Shown here: positions 51,227 through 59,882 of the stretch, one piece after another | Layout of the letters: the number at the start of each line of letters is the position of its first letter | How positions within the stretch are numbered: position 1 is the stretch's first letter | Source of the DNA: an uncultured Gammaproteobacteria bacterium | GTDB lineage: Bacteria > Patescibacteriota > Patescibacteriia > 2-12-FULL-57-11 | DNA length: 64,000 nt | Assembly (NCBI GenBank): GCA_964648865.1 | Contig: CAZYLV010000001.1 | Span: 18,476 to 82,475, forward strand | Reading direction: 5' to 3' | The notes under the pieces: model-generated | Told to the model about the DNA's origin: nothing | The model's input: only the letters and a program-made list of their open reading frames with translations | The model's database searches: none | Program-made: the position numbers and the translations under genes

Positions 51227-52681
51227 ATGCGGGCGCTCCGATTGTGCGCGGTCCCCGTGCTCGTCGGGGCGCTGTTGTCTCTGCTTGGCGTATCGTCCGC
51301 CGCGGCAGCGCCCGGCGCCATCGGACAGGAATGCCTCTCCGGAGACCGTTGCGATGCCGGACTCACGTGCGTGGACCTGGACGCAGGGGCCGCCGTCGCC
51401 AAGCGTTGCACCAGGACCTGCACGGACACCGGGATCGGTTCGCGCGACTGCCCGGAGCCGACCTCCTGCGTGGACGTCCCCGGTACCGGGCGCTACTGCG
51501 TGGACCTGACGGGCGCGACGTGGGAGGGGAGCTTCTTGACCGACACCGACTCCCCGGGAGGACCTCCCACGGAACCCGCATCCAACAGCAATGTCCCCTT
51601 CACGCCCGTGGCGCCGACGCTCGCGCTGCCCATCCCCACCTTCGGAGGTTTCTCCACCCTGCAGGTGCAGGACGTCGGCGGATCCCGGTTCATCGACATC
51701 CCCTTCGTCGCGGAGTACGTCGTCGCCCTCTACCGATACGCCATCGGGATCCTCGTCACCCTCGGCACCGTCATGGTCGTGGTGGCCGGATTCCAGTACC
51801 TCACGGCGCGCGGCAACGCGTCCGTCATCCAGGCGGCGCGCGGGCGGATCCTCAACGCGCTGATCGGCATCGGCATCGCGCTCGGGAGCTACCTCATCCT
51901 CGCCGCCATCAACCCGGAGCTGGTCAACTTCCGCAACATCCGGGTGAACCTCATCCAGACGGTGGACGTCGAGAGCGTGCTGCGGACGACGAGCGAAGCC
52001 ACCGGTTCCGACAGCCCGACGAATCCCGAATGCGATCCGTCCTCCGGCGGCTACGCGCCCGGCGCGAGCGGATCGTCGGCGGGCGGCGGCAGCTGCCCGG
52101 TCTCGCTCGAGGCCCCGTTCGTCGACGGCGGCGGGCGACGTCCGGAGCGTACCGAGGAATTCTTCCGCGAGTACGGCAGCGCCTCGGTCTCCGGCGGCAC
52201 CCCCCGCGAGCGGGTCATCCGCGCCGCACAGGCGGCGGCCTCCTGCGAACTGGTCATGGGCTCCTGCGGCAACACGGTGGAATCGATCTACGAACTGGCG
52301 GGCGTCCGGCTGCGTACGACGCATGAGATCGGCTCCGAGAACGTCCGCTACCTCCTCAGCATCAACACCTGCGAACGGGGCGACCGCACATGCAAGCAGG
52401 CGGCGCGCTGCTCGGCGTACGACCGTTTCGAAGGGGACATCGACGGATGGCCGGATGCCTGGGCGCGCGAACTGCAGCCCGGGGATGCCTTCTGGATCTA
52501 CAACGCGAACGCGGCACCGGCCGGCCAACACGCCGCCGTCTTCATGGGTTGGGCGGGCGGCGGCCGCGCCAATGTCGTGCAAGGCGGCAACAGCGGTGAG
52601 ACCTGGCGCGTCCGCGGCGGGACCATCTGCATCACGAGCGCCTGCGGCGGCGTGCTCACGAGGACACAGCGGCCGGAGTGA
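51227..52681 (+). CDS. Secreted cysteine-rich protein with an embedded VirB2/TrbC pilin-like two-TM module.
   Basis: Signal peptide, Cys-rich domain, module YVVALYRYAIGILVT...ARGNASVIQAAR...LILAAINPELVNFRNIR, then a second Cys-containing domain. TGtGCTACAAT extended -10. Confidence 0.6.
   Translation: MRALRLCAVPVLVGALLSLLGVSSAAAAPGAIGQECLSGDRCDAGLTCVDLDAGAAVAKRCTRTCTDTGIGSRDCPEPTSCVDVPGTGRYCVDLTGATWEGSFLTDTDSPGGPPTEPASNSNVPFTPVAPTLALPIPTFGGFSTLQVQDVGGSRFIDIPFVAEYVVALYRYAIGILVTLGTVMVVVAGFQYLTARGNASVIQAARGRILNALIGIGIALGSYLILAAINPELVNFRNIRVNLIQTVDVESVLRTTSEATGSDSPTNPECDPSSGGYAPGASGSSAGGGSCPVSLEAPFVDGGGRRPERTEEFFREYGSASVSGGTPRERVIRAAQAAASCELVMGSCGNTVESIYELAGVRLRTTHEIGSENVRYLLSINTCERGDRTCKQAARCSAYDRFEGDIDGWPDAWARELQPGDAFWIYNANAAPAGQHAAVFMGWAGGGRANVVQGGNSGETWRVRGGTICITSACGGVLTRTQRPE
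51594..51975 (+). repeat. Duplicated pilin-like module, copy 1 (about 75% nt identity to 53414-53792).
   Basis: Seen directly. Confidence 0.6.
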
Positions 52682-52726
52682 CGGCGGGCCCGCGGCGGTC
52701 CGCTTTTTTGGTACAATCGTGGGGAT

Positions 52727-54511
52727 ATGACCCGGATGCATCGAGCGCTTACGGTCGCCGCCCTCGCCTGCCTGCTCCTGCCTCCATCTCCGGTCGCCGC
52801 GGAGGGGCGGCGCATCGCCTGCTTGGGCGATTCCATCACCAACCAGTACGGACCGGTCTTCGAGACCGCCGACGGCGAACGGTGCACGGTCGTGGCGCGT
52901 GACGGCGCCTCCACGGGCGCCATCCTTGACCTGTTCCGCGAACGGGTGCTCGGCGGCGGGTTCACCGACCTCATCGTCCGCGCGGGACGCAACGACATCT
53001 ACTCCGGCCGCGGAGTCGGCAACGCCAGGACGAACCTCGGCACGATCTACGAGGAGGCGCGGCGGGCGGGCATGCGCGTCGTCGCCGTGAGCATGCTTCC
53101 CCACAAGGGCTATGCCAGCTGGAACGATTCCGTCCAACGGCAGACGGACGAGCTGAACGCGTGGCTCGCATCGGCCCCGGTGGACCGGTTCGTGGACGCG
53201 GACGCGCACCTGGCCGCATCGGACGATCCGGACCGCCTGAACCTCGCCTACGACCGCGGCGACCACCTGCACCTCTCCAACGACGGGAAATGCGCCTTGG
53301 CGAGCTTCATCGCCGAGCGCGCCTTCGGGGGCTCCGGCGGCTGCTCGCCGAGCGGCCGGAGCTCCCCCGCCAGCACCGGCGACGGAGGCGTCTCCCTCGA
53401 GGAGACCGACACGCCCTTCGAGCAGATCGTGCCGACGCTCCAGCTGCCCATCCCGACCTTCCCGGGCTTCTCCGACATCCAGGTGCTCCAGGACGGCGAG
53501 AACCGCAGCATCGACATCCCTTTCCTGGCCGAGTACGTCGTCGCCCTGTACCGCTACGCCATCGGCATCATGGTGACGATCGCCATGGTCATGGTCGTGG
53601 TGGGCGGCTTCCAGTGGACGACGGCGCGCGGCAACGCCTCCGCCATCCAAGAGGCCAGGGACCGCATCACCAACGCCGTCATGGGCATCGTGCTGGCGCT
53701 CGGCAGCTACGCCATCCTGGCCGCCATCAACCCCGAGCTCGTCAATTTCCGCAACATCCGCATCGACCTCATCCGGCGGCGCGAGGTCATCTACCGGGAG
53801 AACGGCGGCATCGAGGAGGGTTGCCGCGGCGGCAGCTGCGGGACCCGGCGGCCGATCGCCAATACGGACTTCGACGAGCTCTTCCAGCGCTACGCCGGCT
53901 GCGCCGGGGTGGACTGGCGCATGCTCAAGGCCGTGTCCTACATCGAATCCGGACTGAACCCGGAAATCGTCAACCGCTACGGCTTCGTGGGCCTTTTCCA
54001 GATCGCGCCGCGCTTCTGCCACCTCTCGCGCCAGACCTGCACGGAAGAGGCGCTGCTCGACCCGGAGATCAACACCTACGTCGCCGCCACCCAGCACCTG
54101 CGCAACGGCGCGCGTATCGTCCGCGACACCTGCCCGAGCATCACGGACGCCCACACCTTCGCCACCCTCATGTACTACGCGCACAACAGCGGCGCCGGGG
54201 CGCTGCGCGCGGTGCTCAACCCGCGGCCGAGCCGCTACCTGCCTGAGGGTGGCGCCGGCTGCACCAACGACCTGGAGGTGCTGACCCGGACCGCCGCGAC
54301 CTTCCAGCGCAATTTCCGCCCCGACATCCCCAACGCCGAGGGCCGCATGACGACCGCCCGCCGGGTCGGCGACCGGGCGCGCGAGCTCGGCGTCACGGAT
54401 CCGCTCGCCGACGGCTCCTGCCCGTCCGAGCCCGCCCCCGGCAGCCGGTCGTCCTCGAGTGACGCTCCGGAACCCGGCGTCGGCGGCGGTCCAGGCACCT
54501 CCGAACTCTGA
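52727..54511 (+). CDS. Secreted multidomain protein: SGNH/GDSL hydrolase, VirB2/TrbC pilin-like two-TM module, SLT lytic transglycosylase.
   Basis: GDSITNQ (SGNH block I), the conserved module, and SLT motifs (YIESGLNP, GLFQI). TGgTACAAT extended -10. Confidence 0.65.
   Translation: MTRMHRALTVAALACLLLPPSPVAAEGRRIACLGDSITNQYGPVFETADGERCTVVARDGASTGAILDLFRERVLGGGFTDLIVRAGRNDIYSGRGVGNARTNLGTIYEEARRAGMRVVAVSMLPHKGYASWNDSVQRQTDELNAWLASAPVDRFVDADAHLAASDDPDRLNLAYDRGDHLHLSNDGKCALASFIAERAFGGSGGCSPSGRSSPASTGDGGVSLEETDTPFEQIVPTLQLPIPTFPGFSDIQVLQDGENRSIDIPFLAEYVVALYRYAIGIMVTIAMVMVVVGGFQWTTARGNASAIQEARDRITNAVMGIVLALGSYAILAAINPELVNFRNIRIDLIRRREVIYRENGGIEEGCRGGSCGTRRPIANTDFDELFQRYAGCAGVDWRMLKAVSYIESGLNPEIVNRYGFVGLFQIAPRFCHLSRQTCTEEALLDPEINTYVAATQHLRNGARIVRDTCPSITDAHTFATLMYYAHNSGAGALRAVLNPRPSRYLPEGGAGCTNDLEVLTRTAATFQRNFRPDIPNAEGRMTTARRVGDRARELGVTDPLADGSCPSEPAPGSRSSSSDAPEPGVGGGPGTSEL
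53414..53792 (+). repeat. Duplicated pilin-like module, copy 2.
   Basis: Seen directly. Confidence 0.6.
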
Positions 54512-54550
54512 CGCCTTGCGCCGCCGCTGTAGGGCTGCTGAAATGGCAGC

Positions 54551-55879
54551 ATGCCCAAAAGCGCTCCCCTCTTCCGCTGCGGCAACTGTGATGCCCAGTT
54601 CCCCAAATGGAGCGGGCGTTGTTTCGGCTGCGGCCGCTGGGGGACGGTCGAGGAGAGCGCGCCGGCCCCGCCTGAGGCCGCCGGCCGACCGACCGCCGCG
54701 GCGGCGAAGAGCCTGCCCGCCGCACAGGTCGCCGGCCGCGCCCCGGAGCGCGTGCCCACCGGCAGCGCGGAGCTCGATCGGGTGCTCGGCGGGGGGCTCG
54801 TGCCCGGCTCGCTCGTGCTCGTCGCCGGGGAGCCCGGGGTCGGCAAGTCCACGCTGCTGCTCTCGCTCGCCGAGCGCCTCGGCCGACCCGTGCTCTACGT
54901 CTGCGGCGAGGAATCGCCGGAGCAGATCGCCCTGCGCATGCGGCGCATGGGCTGTGCGGGCGAGCGGCTCTCCTTCCTCACCGAGACCGACGCCGCCGTC
55001 GTCGCCGCGACGGCCCGCGCAGAACGCCCGGCGCTCGTCATCGTCGACTCCGTGCAGACCCTGCGCGCCGCGGAGGGCGGCGGCGAGCCCGGCGGCATCG
55101 GGGAGCTGCGCGCCGCCATCGCCCGGCTCGCCGAGGTCGCCAAGAAGGACGGCATCACGACGCTGCTCATCGGGCAGGTCACCAAGGACGGGAGCGTGGC
55201 CGGCCCCAAGACGCTCGAACATCTCGTCGACGTGGTGCTGACCGTGGAGGGCGACGGCGTGCGCCCGCTGCGCATGATGCGGGCGGCAAAGAACCGCTTC
55301 GGCTCGAACCGCGAGGTGGGGCTCTTCGAGATGGCCGACCGCGGACTCGTCGACGCCGCGGACGTCCACGCCGCCGCCCTCGACGCCCGCGCCGCGCCCG
55401 TGCCCGGGACGGCCATGGCCGTGGTCCGTGAAGGCAACCGCACCTTGCTCCTCGAGGTGCAGGCGCTGACCAACAAGACGGCCTTCGGCTATCCGGTGCG
55501 TCGCGCCTCCGGCTTCGACACCAACCGGCTGAACGTGCTGCTCGCGGTGCTCGAGCGCCGCGGCGGACTGTCGCTCGCGCAGCACGACGTCTACGTCAAC
55601 GTCGCCGGCGGACTGAGCCTCGAGGAGCCGGCGGCCGACCTGCCGGTGGCCATGGCCATCGCCTCCTCCGCCCTCGGCACGGCCTTGCCTGCGCGCACCG
55701 GGCTCTACGGCGAGATCGGCTTGACCGGGGAGATCCGGGCGGCCCCGGACGCCAAGGAGCGCGCCGCCGACGCCGCACGCCTGGGGCTCACGGAGACCCT
55801 CGGCCCTGCGACCCTCGGCGACGTCCGCGCCGCCATCGCCTGGCTCAAAAAGAAAAACGCGCCGCAGGGCGGCGCATGA
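54551..55879 (+). CDS. radA: DNA repair protein RadA/Sms.
   Basis: Zinc finger CGNC...CFGC and Walker A GEPGVGKSTLLL. Confidence 0.9.
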   Translation: MPKSAPLFRCGNCDAQFPKWSGRCFGCGRWGTVEESAPAPPEAAGRPTAAAAKSLPAAQVAGRAPERVPTGSAELDRVLGGGLVPGSLVLVAGEPGVGKSTLLLSLAERLGRPVLYVCGEESPEQIALRMRRMGCAGERLSFLTETDAAVVAATARAERPALVIVDSVQTLRAAEGGGEPGGIGELRAAIARLAEVAKKDGITTLLIGQVTKDGSVAGPKTLEHLVDVVLTVEGDGVRPLRMMRAAKNRFGSNREVGLFEMADRGLVDAADVHAAALDARAAPVPGTAMAVVREGNRTLLLEVQALTNKTAFGYPVRRASGFDTNRLNVLLAVLERRGGLSLAQHDVYVNVAGGLSLEEPAADLPVAMAIASSALGTALPARTGLYGEIGLTGEIRAAPDAKERAADAARLGLTETLGPATLGDVRAAIAWLKKKNAPQGGA

Positions 55880-55898
55880 CGCGGAACGGTCGGGCTGC

Positions 55899-56360
55899 TC
55901 AGGCCGAGACGAGCGCGAGCTTCGGGCCCTCGACGGGCACGGCGGGCCGGACTTCCAGGTTGAAACGCCGCAGCACCGCGACGACGGTCTCGATCCACGA
56001 CCAGAAGGTCGTGTCGCTCACCTCGAGCGCCCTGCAGACCGTCCTGCTCGGCAAGGCCATCAGCTCCTGGAACATGTCCTGCACGGCCTCGGTGAAGACC
56101 GCCGGGCGCCTGCGCGTGTCTCGGGAGAGGCGCTCTCGGAGGGCGTCCCAGGGCCGGCGGTCGTAGTCCCGCATGGCCCGGACGATCGGCAGCAGCTGCC
56201 GGCGGGCGATACGGAACTCGCGGAAGGCGCAATCCCGATGCGCCACCCAGACGAAGCCGCGCGTCGGGACGTAGACGCCCGTCATCACCTCGTCCGGGTT
56301 GCCCCGATCCACCAAGCCGCATCCGGCGCACGCCACCGGGTGCAGATCGATCAGTCGCAC
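55899..56360 (-). CDS. Hypothetical protein with a possible C-terminal HTH.
   Basis: GTG start at 56360 with an AAGGGAGG SD. Located between radA and recG. Confidence 0.35.
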   Translation of the reverse strand: MRLIDLHPVACAGCGLVDRGNPDEVMTGVYVPTRGFVWVAHRDCAFREFRIARRQLLPIVRAMRDYDRRPWDALRERLSRDTRRRPAVFTEAVQDMFQELMALPSRTVCRALEVSDTTFWSWIETVVAVLRRFNLEVRPAVPVEGPKLALVSA

Positions 56361-56430
56361 GTGTCCTCCCTTCTCGCGGCGGACCGCGAAGATGCGCGCA
56401 AGGTAGCGGAAAACGGCCGCCGCGTCAAGC

Positions 56431-58518
56431 TCACTCGGGGTGCACGACGTCCTCGAAGCGGGCCAGCCGTCCGCGGAGGGCCGGATGCGCGTCCAGCGAG
56501 GCGTCGATGTCGAGCAGCTCCCGGCAGCTCTCCTGGAGCGCGGCGATCCGCCGGGCGTCGAGCAGCGCCGGCGACCAGACCCCCTGCATGCCGGATTGCG
56601 CCGTCCCCCAGAGCTCGCCGGGGCCGCGCAACGCCAGATCCGTCTCGGCCAGGGCGAAACCGTCGGACGAATCCACGAGGGCCTGCAGGCGGGCCGCTGC
56701 GGCAGGCGTCTCGTTGTCCGTGAGCAACAGGCAGGTCCCCGGCGCGCTGCCGCGGCCGACCCGCCCACGCAGCTGATGGAGCTGGGCCAACCCGAAGCGG
56801 TCGGCCGAACGCACCACGATGAGCGCGGCCCGCGGCAGGTCGATGCCTACCTCGATGACCGTCGTGGCCACGAGCACGTCCCCCTCCCCCGCCGCCATGG
56901 CCCGCATGACGGTGCGCTTCTCGACGCTCTTCATCTTGCCGTGCAGCAGCAGGACGCGCGCCTCGGGCAAGGCCCCGACAAGCCGCCGGTGCTCGTCGAT
57001 CGCGGCCTCGGCGGCGGCGTCGGCGCGCCCGGCGATGGACGGGCAGACCACGAAGGCCTGGTGCCCCTGCGCGACGCAGGCGGCGAGCGCCGCGTCCGCG
57101 GCCGCGGTCTCGCCCAGGAGCAGCCGCGTGGCCACCGGCCCGCGCCCGGCCGGACGGGCCGCAAGCACCGAGACGTCCAGGTCGCCAAACAGCGAGAGGG
57201 TCAGGGTGCGCGGGATGGGCGTGGCGGTGAGCGAGAGCAGGTGCGGCAACGCCCCGTCGGCCCGCTTCTTGCGGAGCGCCTGCCGCTGACGGACGCCGAA
57301 GCGATGCTGCTCGTCGACCACGGCCAGGCGCAGGTCGGCGAAGGCCACGTCGCCCTCGATGAGCGCATGCGTGCCGACGACGAGCGATGCCGTGCCGGAT
57401 CGCACCGCGTCGCGGACCGCCTCCTGCCGCACGCGCGCCGAACCCGGCAGCGGCAGATCCTCGCCGCGGCGCATCAGGCGCTGGGAGCCGGCGGCGAGCA
57501 GGGCGAGGACGACGTCCGTACCCGCGAACATCGAGGCCAAGGTGCGCAGGTGCTGCTCGGCCAGGACCTCGGTGGGCACGAGCACCGCAGCCTGGGCCCC
57601 GGCCGCAGCCACGGCCCGCGCCGCGATGGCCGCGACGGCCGTCTTGCCGGAACCGACGTCGCCGTTCACCAGCCGGTTCATGGGCCGCGGCCTGCCGAGG
57701 TCCTGGATGGCCTCCCAAGCGGCGCGGCGCTGCCCGTCGGTCAACGGGAACGGCAGGCCGGCCACGAAGGCCTTGATGTCCGCCTCCGGGAACGGGACCG
57801 GCGGGGCGCTCGCCGAGGTGAGGTCGCGCCGGGCGCGCTCCGAGACGAGCACGCGCAGGAACATGTCCTCCACGGCGAAGCGCTCCAGCGCGGCGTCGAG
57901 CGTCCGCTGGTCCGACGGGAAGTGGACGGCCCGGGTCGCCGAGGCGATGTCCGGCAGGGAGAAGCGGCTCCGCACGGCGTCGGGCAGCCACTCCGTGAGC
58001 GCGGCGGCCGCGGGCAGCGCAGCCTTGGCGGCCAGGCGCAGATGCTTGACGGAGAGCGTCCCGGCGGTCGGATACACGGGGACGATGCGGCCGGTGTGCG
58101 TCTGCTCGGCGCGGACAGCCTCGATGGTCGGCGAGAGGAACTGCAGCCCGTAGGCGGTGCGGCGCGCCTTCCCGGCAAGGAAGACGTCGCTGCCCGGCTT
58201 GTGGGTCTTCACCAAAAAATGCTGACCGAACCACAGGACCTTGGCCTTGCCGCTCCCGTCGGCGACGACGGCCTCGGTCATCAACCGGCGCGGCCCGCCG
58301 AAGCTGCGGCGGTTGCGGATCTGTTCGAGCCGGACACGGACGGTGGCTTCCTCGCCCGGGACGACGGCGGACAGCGGCAGCGTCCGCGAGTAATCCTCGT
58401 ACCGGAACGGGTGGTGAGCCAGCACGTCGGCGAGCGTGACGAGACCCAGGCGCTCCAGGGACCTGGCATGGCGGCGCAGCAGCGGCATCGCGGAAAGGAG
58501 GGGGGTCTCAAGCGGCAT
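56431..58518 (-). CDS. recG: ATP-dependent DNA helicase RecG.
   Basis: Helicase motifs GDVGSGKT and DEQHRFG, wedge domain. 695 aa. The track ORF extends spuriously over the tRNA genes. Confidence 0.9.
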   Translation of the reverse strand: MPLETPLLSAMPLLRRHARSLERLGLVTLADVLAHHPFRYEDYSRTLPLSAVVPGEEATVRVRLEQIRNRRSFGGPRRLMTEAVVADGSGKAKVLWFGQHFLVKTHKPGSDVFLAGKARRTAYGLQFLSPTIEAVRAEQTHTGRIVPVYPTAGTLSVKHLRLAAKAALPAAAALTEWLPDAVRSRFSLPDIASATRAVHFPSDQRTLDAALERFAVEDMFLRVLVSERARRDLTSASAPPVPFPEADIKAFVAGLPFPLTDGQRRAAWEAIQDLGRPRPMNRLVNGDVGSGKTAVAAIAARAVAAAGAQAAVLVPTEVLAEQHLRTLASMFAGTDVVLALLAAGSQRLMRRGEDLPLPGSARVRQEAVRDAVRSGTASLVVGTHALIEGDVAFADLRLAVVDEQHRFGVRQRQALRKKRADGALPHLLSLTATPIPRTLTLSLFGDLDVSVLAARPAGRGPVATRLLLGETAAADAALAACVAQGHQAFVVCPSIAGRADAAAEAAIDEHRRLVGALPEARVLLLHGKMKSVEKRTVMRAMAAGEGDVLVATTVIEVGIDLPRAALIVVRSADRFGLAQLHQLRGRVGRGSAPGTCLLLTDNETPAAAARLQALVDSSDGFALAETDLALRGPGELWGTAQSGMQGVWSPALLDARRIAALQESCRELLDIDASLDAHPALRGRLARFEDVVHPE

Positions 58519-58596
58519 GGCGCGATTGTAGCCGTCTCCGCCGCTCCTTGACAAAAGGCGGTTTTTGCGGTACAGCTGCGCAGGAGGAGGACGTTC

Positions 58597-59568
58597 ATGA
58601 GAATCTGCACCCTGTTCCTGCTGGCGTCGGCGCTCATGCCGACGCAGGCCGTCGCCCAGGAGTCCGTGCTCGTCATGGACATCGCCGTGGACGACACCCA
58701 GTTCCAGGCCGCCGGCGAGCTGGTCACAGACCAGCTGCGTGAGGGCATCGCCGCGGTGCGGGGCTGGGATCTCAGCCCGACGCGGACGACGCTCGACGCC
58801 GAGCGACGGAGGCACGGCTGCCGTGACGGGTTCACGGACCACGACTGCCTCGCCGCCATCGCGGCGGACGCAGGCGTCGGCCACCTCGTCTTCGGACGGC
58901 TGCGCGCCCGTGTGGGCAGCCCCGGCGAGTTCACGATCGAGCTGCAGCACTACGAGGTGGCAGCCGGCCGCTTCGTCGGCAGCACCTTCCGGTCGCTGCG
59001 CGTCGAGGGGATCGACACGGCGGACGCCGAGCTCCTGGCCCGCATCCAGACCATCCTCGGCGAGGACGACCTGCGGATCATGCCGCGCGCGCCGGTCTCG
59101 ACCGCGTCGACGCGACCCCGTCCGACCGGCCCGCCGAACCGCGACCTGACGGTCGGCTTCGGCATCGCGTCGCTCGCGGTCGGCGCGCTCTTCCTCGGAG
59201 GGGCGACCGTCTCCTGGGTGGCGATGGCCGACCTCGGACGCGACAGCGACTTCCAGGCCTATCGCCAGCGCGTACCCATGGGCAGCGCCACGGACGTCTG
59301 CGCCGAGGCCCGTGCCGACCGCGGCTGGGAGCGCGGGCAGGTGTCCGCGGACGTGGCTGCCGCCCAGACGGCCCGGGTGCGCACCATCTGCTCGGACGCC
59401 GCTTCGCTGGAGGTCTGGGAGTGGGTCCTGCCGCTCGCGTCGGCCGCCTTCGTGGGACTCGGCATCGGCCTCCTGCTGTTCGACCCGGGTCCGGGCGAAC
59501 CCCAGGTCACGGTGACCCCCCGCGTCGGCCTCAGCCACGCCGGACTCTCGATCAGCGTCGCGTTCTAG
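58597..59568 (+). CDS. Hypothetical secreted protein with a C-terminal TM anchor.
   Basis: Signal peptide MRICTLFLLASALMPTQAVAQE and AGGAGGAGG SD. Confidence 0.55.
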   Translation: MRICTLFLLASALMPTQAVAQESVLVMDIAVDDTQFQAAGELVTDQLREGIAAVRGWDLSPTRTTLDAERRRHGCRDGFTDHDCLAAIAADAGVGHLVFGRLRARVGSPGEFTIELQHYEVAAGRFVGSTFRSLRVEGIDTADAELLARIQTILGEDDLRIMPRAPVSTASTRPRPTGPPNRDLTVGFGIASLAVGALFLGGATVSWVAMADLGRDSDFQAYRQRVPMGSATDVCAEARADRGWERGQVSADVAAAQTARVRTICSDAASLEVWEWVLPLASAAFVGLGIGLLLFDPGPGEPQVTVTPRVGLSHAGLSISVAF

Positions 59569-59624
59569 GCCTCGGACACCCCGTCCAGGCCTCTTTTCTT
59601 TTCCCGGACGATGCCGCCCGCGGC

Positions 59625-59654
59625 GTTGACACGGCGGGTCCGGACGGCTACACT
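59625..59654 (+). promoter_or_regulatory. Promoter for the tRNA-Ser pair (TTGACA, 18-nt spacer, TACACT).
   Basis: Sits 14 nt upstream of the tRNA 5' end. Confidence 0.5.
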
Positions 59655-59667
59655 GTCGGCGCGGTCT

Positions 59668-59761
59668 GGAGAGGTACCCAAGTGGTTGAAGGGGGGAGAT
59701 TGCTAATCTCCTAGGTCGGGGTTTTCCCGGCGCGAGGGTTCGAATCCCTCCCTCTCCGCCA
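59668..59761 (+). tRNA. tRNA-Ser (anticodon GCT).
   Basis: Cloverleaf with long variable arm and encoded CCA. Confidence 0.85.
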
Positions 59762-59771
59762 GAAGGTTCGC

Positions 59772-59861
59772 GGAGAGGTGCCCGAGTGGTTGAAGGGAAC
59801 GGTCTTGAAAACCGTAAGGCCCGCAAGGGTCTCGGGGGTTCGAATCCCTCCCTCTCCGCCA
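59772..59861 (+). tRNA. tRNA-Ser (anticodon TGA).
   Basis: Cloverleaf with long variable arm. Acceptor and T arms identical to the first tRNA-Ser. Confidence 0.85.
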
Positions 59862-59882
59862 ACGTGGTACACTACCCCTCGT

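Noticed and set aside
51594-53792. Possibility that the repeated about 380-nt segments form a CRISPR-like or other non-coding repeat array.
   Set aside because: There are only two copies, each about 380 nt and only about 75% identical. Both are in frame inside signal-peptide proteins with conserved amino-acid sequence, so they are a protein-domain duplication.
50957-55585. 1542-aa minus-strand ORF covering the pilin-like genes and radA.
   Set aside because: A shadow ORF. The plus-strand genes have signal peptides, SDs and recognisable domains.
56431-59862. 1143-aa ORF extending recG upstream across the tRNA-Ser genes.
   Set aside because: The N-terminal 448 aa translate tRNA genes (EGFEP, GGIRT peptides) and intergenic sequence. 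The real RecG starts at MPLETPLL (58518).
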